This document shows, in pieces, positions 62,576 through 64,000 of a stretch of DNA of 64,000 bases. This DNA is from Trichormus sp. ATA11-4-KO1 (GTDB taxonomy: Bacteria > Cyanobacteriota > Cyanobacteriia > Cyanobacteriales > Nostocaceae): the NCBI GenBank assembly GCA_019358915.1, contig JAHHIM010000073.1, positions 292,003 to 356,002 on the forward strand, given 5' to 3'. The position numbers were made by a program, and so were the translations under genes. How positions within the stretch are numbered: the stretch's first letter is position 1; each line of letters opens with the position of its first letter. The notes under the pieces are model-generated. The model saw nothing but the letters and a program-made list of their open reading frames with translations. It made no database searches and was not told the origin of the DNA.

Positions 62576-62857
62576 TTAGCTAATTTGAGAAATATTTGCA
62601 GCTACATCAAAGTCTTTTTGTGTTAACCCACCTGCATCATGTGTTGTGAGTGTAATCTTGACTTTGTTATAAGAAATTTCTATATCTGGATGATGCCCAG
62701 ACGATTCAGCTGGCTCTACTAGCTTATTGACAAATTCAATTGCTGCAATAAAATCTTTAAATTTACGGATAGTCTGCAACTTAGATCCCTCAACCGTCCA
62801 ATTTGACAAATGGCTTGCCTGTGCTTGGATTTCTGCATCAGTCAGTAGTTGCGCCAT
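62576..62857 (-). CDS. phhB: Pterin-4-alpha-carbinolamine dehydratase
   Basis: HHPDI, LTTHDAGGLTQKD. Confidence 0.93.
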   Translation of the reverse strand: MAQLLTDAEIQAQASHLSNWTVEGSKLQTIRKFKDFIAAIEFVNKLVEPAESSGHHPDIEISYNKVKITLTTHDAGGLTQKDFDVAANISQIS

Positions 62858-63276
62858 ATCAAAAAGCCCTGTTTATATCTTTAGCTATGTCTTGTAATTC
62901 ATCATTTAGGCAGTGGTTGTTGGAACCTATGGCCTTTTCATTCCTAAATAGTAATCTCAAAATGAGAATTCAGAGGGTTTACTGCCATGAATTAAGCAAG
63001 ATATTTTTTTTCCTTAAAAAGACTCTAACGCGATTTCCATCTAATACAAAATTTGATAAACATACTACACATGTAAGTTGAGGAGTGACTGTTGTGCAGA
63101 GGTTATCACCTTGGCGAAGTGGGGTTTAAGGTACGTAGATGCAAAGTAACGCCGCAAAATCCTGTATGTATTGAGCCTTACTCTGCTTTACCAACTTAAC
63201 TCATCTGTCGCATTCTTTTCAGAAACTTGGTATAAATTCTTAACAGCAACTTATTGATCAATCAAAAGTTACCTAC

Positions 63277-63324
63277 AAAAAACTATCCGCTCTGATATAG
63301 ATTAGTTAACCTAAATCAGAGCGG
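63277..63324 (-). terminator. Terminator of the small minus-strand unit
   Basis: ccgctctgat/atcagagcgg stem followed by a T run on minus. Confidence 0.75.
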
Positions 63325-63427
63325 TCTAGCAGGTCTTCAGGTTGCAACCAGACTGCCGGAAGGAACTCCGAGCTTTAGCCTAGCTACTTGAGCTAACTTA
63401 GTCTCTCAAGATGACTAAGGCTAACTT

Positions 63428-63499
63428 TTAGAGAACAGCCCCGGCACACAGCCGGCTAACTGCAACCTGATGACCCATGCATTTACTACTTTCAATCAT
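63428..63499 (-). CDS. Candidate 23-aa peptide MIESSKCMGHQVAVSRLCAGAVL
   Basis: AAGGAGGTG (63506-63514) 6 nt before the ATG. Confidence 0.5.
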   Translation of the reverse strand: MIESSKCMGHQVAVSRLCAGAVL

Positions 63500-63621
63500 G
63501 GGCATCACCTCCTTATTGCCTAAGCGGTCTTAGTCTCAAAAGGGCAGAGCATTTCGCTCTGGGTTATTAACCTTGAATCAATATAACACAGAAATTTTAG
63601 AGAGATTAACTCTAAATAAAT

Positions 63622-63644
63622 AAACCCCCGCCAAAAGGCGGGGG
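63622..63644 (-). terminator. psbD terminator
   Basis: cccccgcc-aaaa-ggcggggg plus T-rich tail. Confidence 0.85.
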
Positions 63645-63692
63645 ACTAATGAAAAATGAGAATGATGAGACTTTAATTCAGTTAAATCATTC

Positions 63693-64000
<308 letters not shown>

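Larger units (their letters stand above)
63277..63573 (-). ncRNA. Candidate structured RNA / small-peptide mRNA
   Basis: Extended -10 TGTTATATT (63580-63588), nested stems at 63329-63480, terminator. Confidence 0.6.

Noticed and set aside
63329..63480. Calling the rod-like RNA 6S, SRP or tmRNA
   Set aside because: The shape is loosely 6S-like, but I cannot see the signature sequences, and an SD-led ORF overlaps it; left unassigned pending an Rfam scan

Overview
Chromosomal window from a heterocyst-forming cyanobacterium (Nostocales). Evidence: frequent HIP1 GCGATCGC sites, STRR heptamer repeats, a HetP-family gene and psbD. Housekeeping genes include ffh-rpsP-khpA-phoH, metH, rsmA-ispE, an Rrf2 regulator with cysK, a QueD-like gene, and tRNA-Tyr/Thr/Lys. 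These are interspersed with three toxin-antitoxin modules, Uma2/DUF29 genes, several decayed genes and many MITE or short dispersed repeats. The most notable unexplained item is a self-contained ~300-nt unit on the minus strand behind psbD (63277-63590). It has its own promoter and terminator, a perfect Shine-Dalgarno, a 23-aa ORF and a long rod-like RNA fold that could mask its own translation start. Other highlights: a three-gene DUF6888/DUF6887-chimera/RelE operon whose first gene is missing from the ORF track; a stand-alone psaJ paralogue also missing from the track; a hetP-like/degenerate trpC pair divergent from a scytonemin-type two-component system with a decayed PAS domain; a His-less pseudokinase; tandem porins with mosaic identity; and three copies of a 29-bp candidate TetR operator. 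Family assignments come from motif recognition only, and no searches were run.
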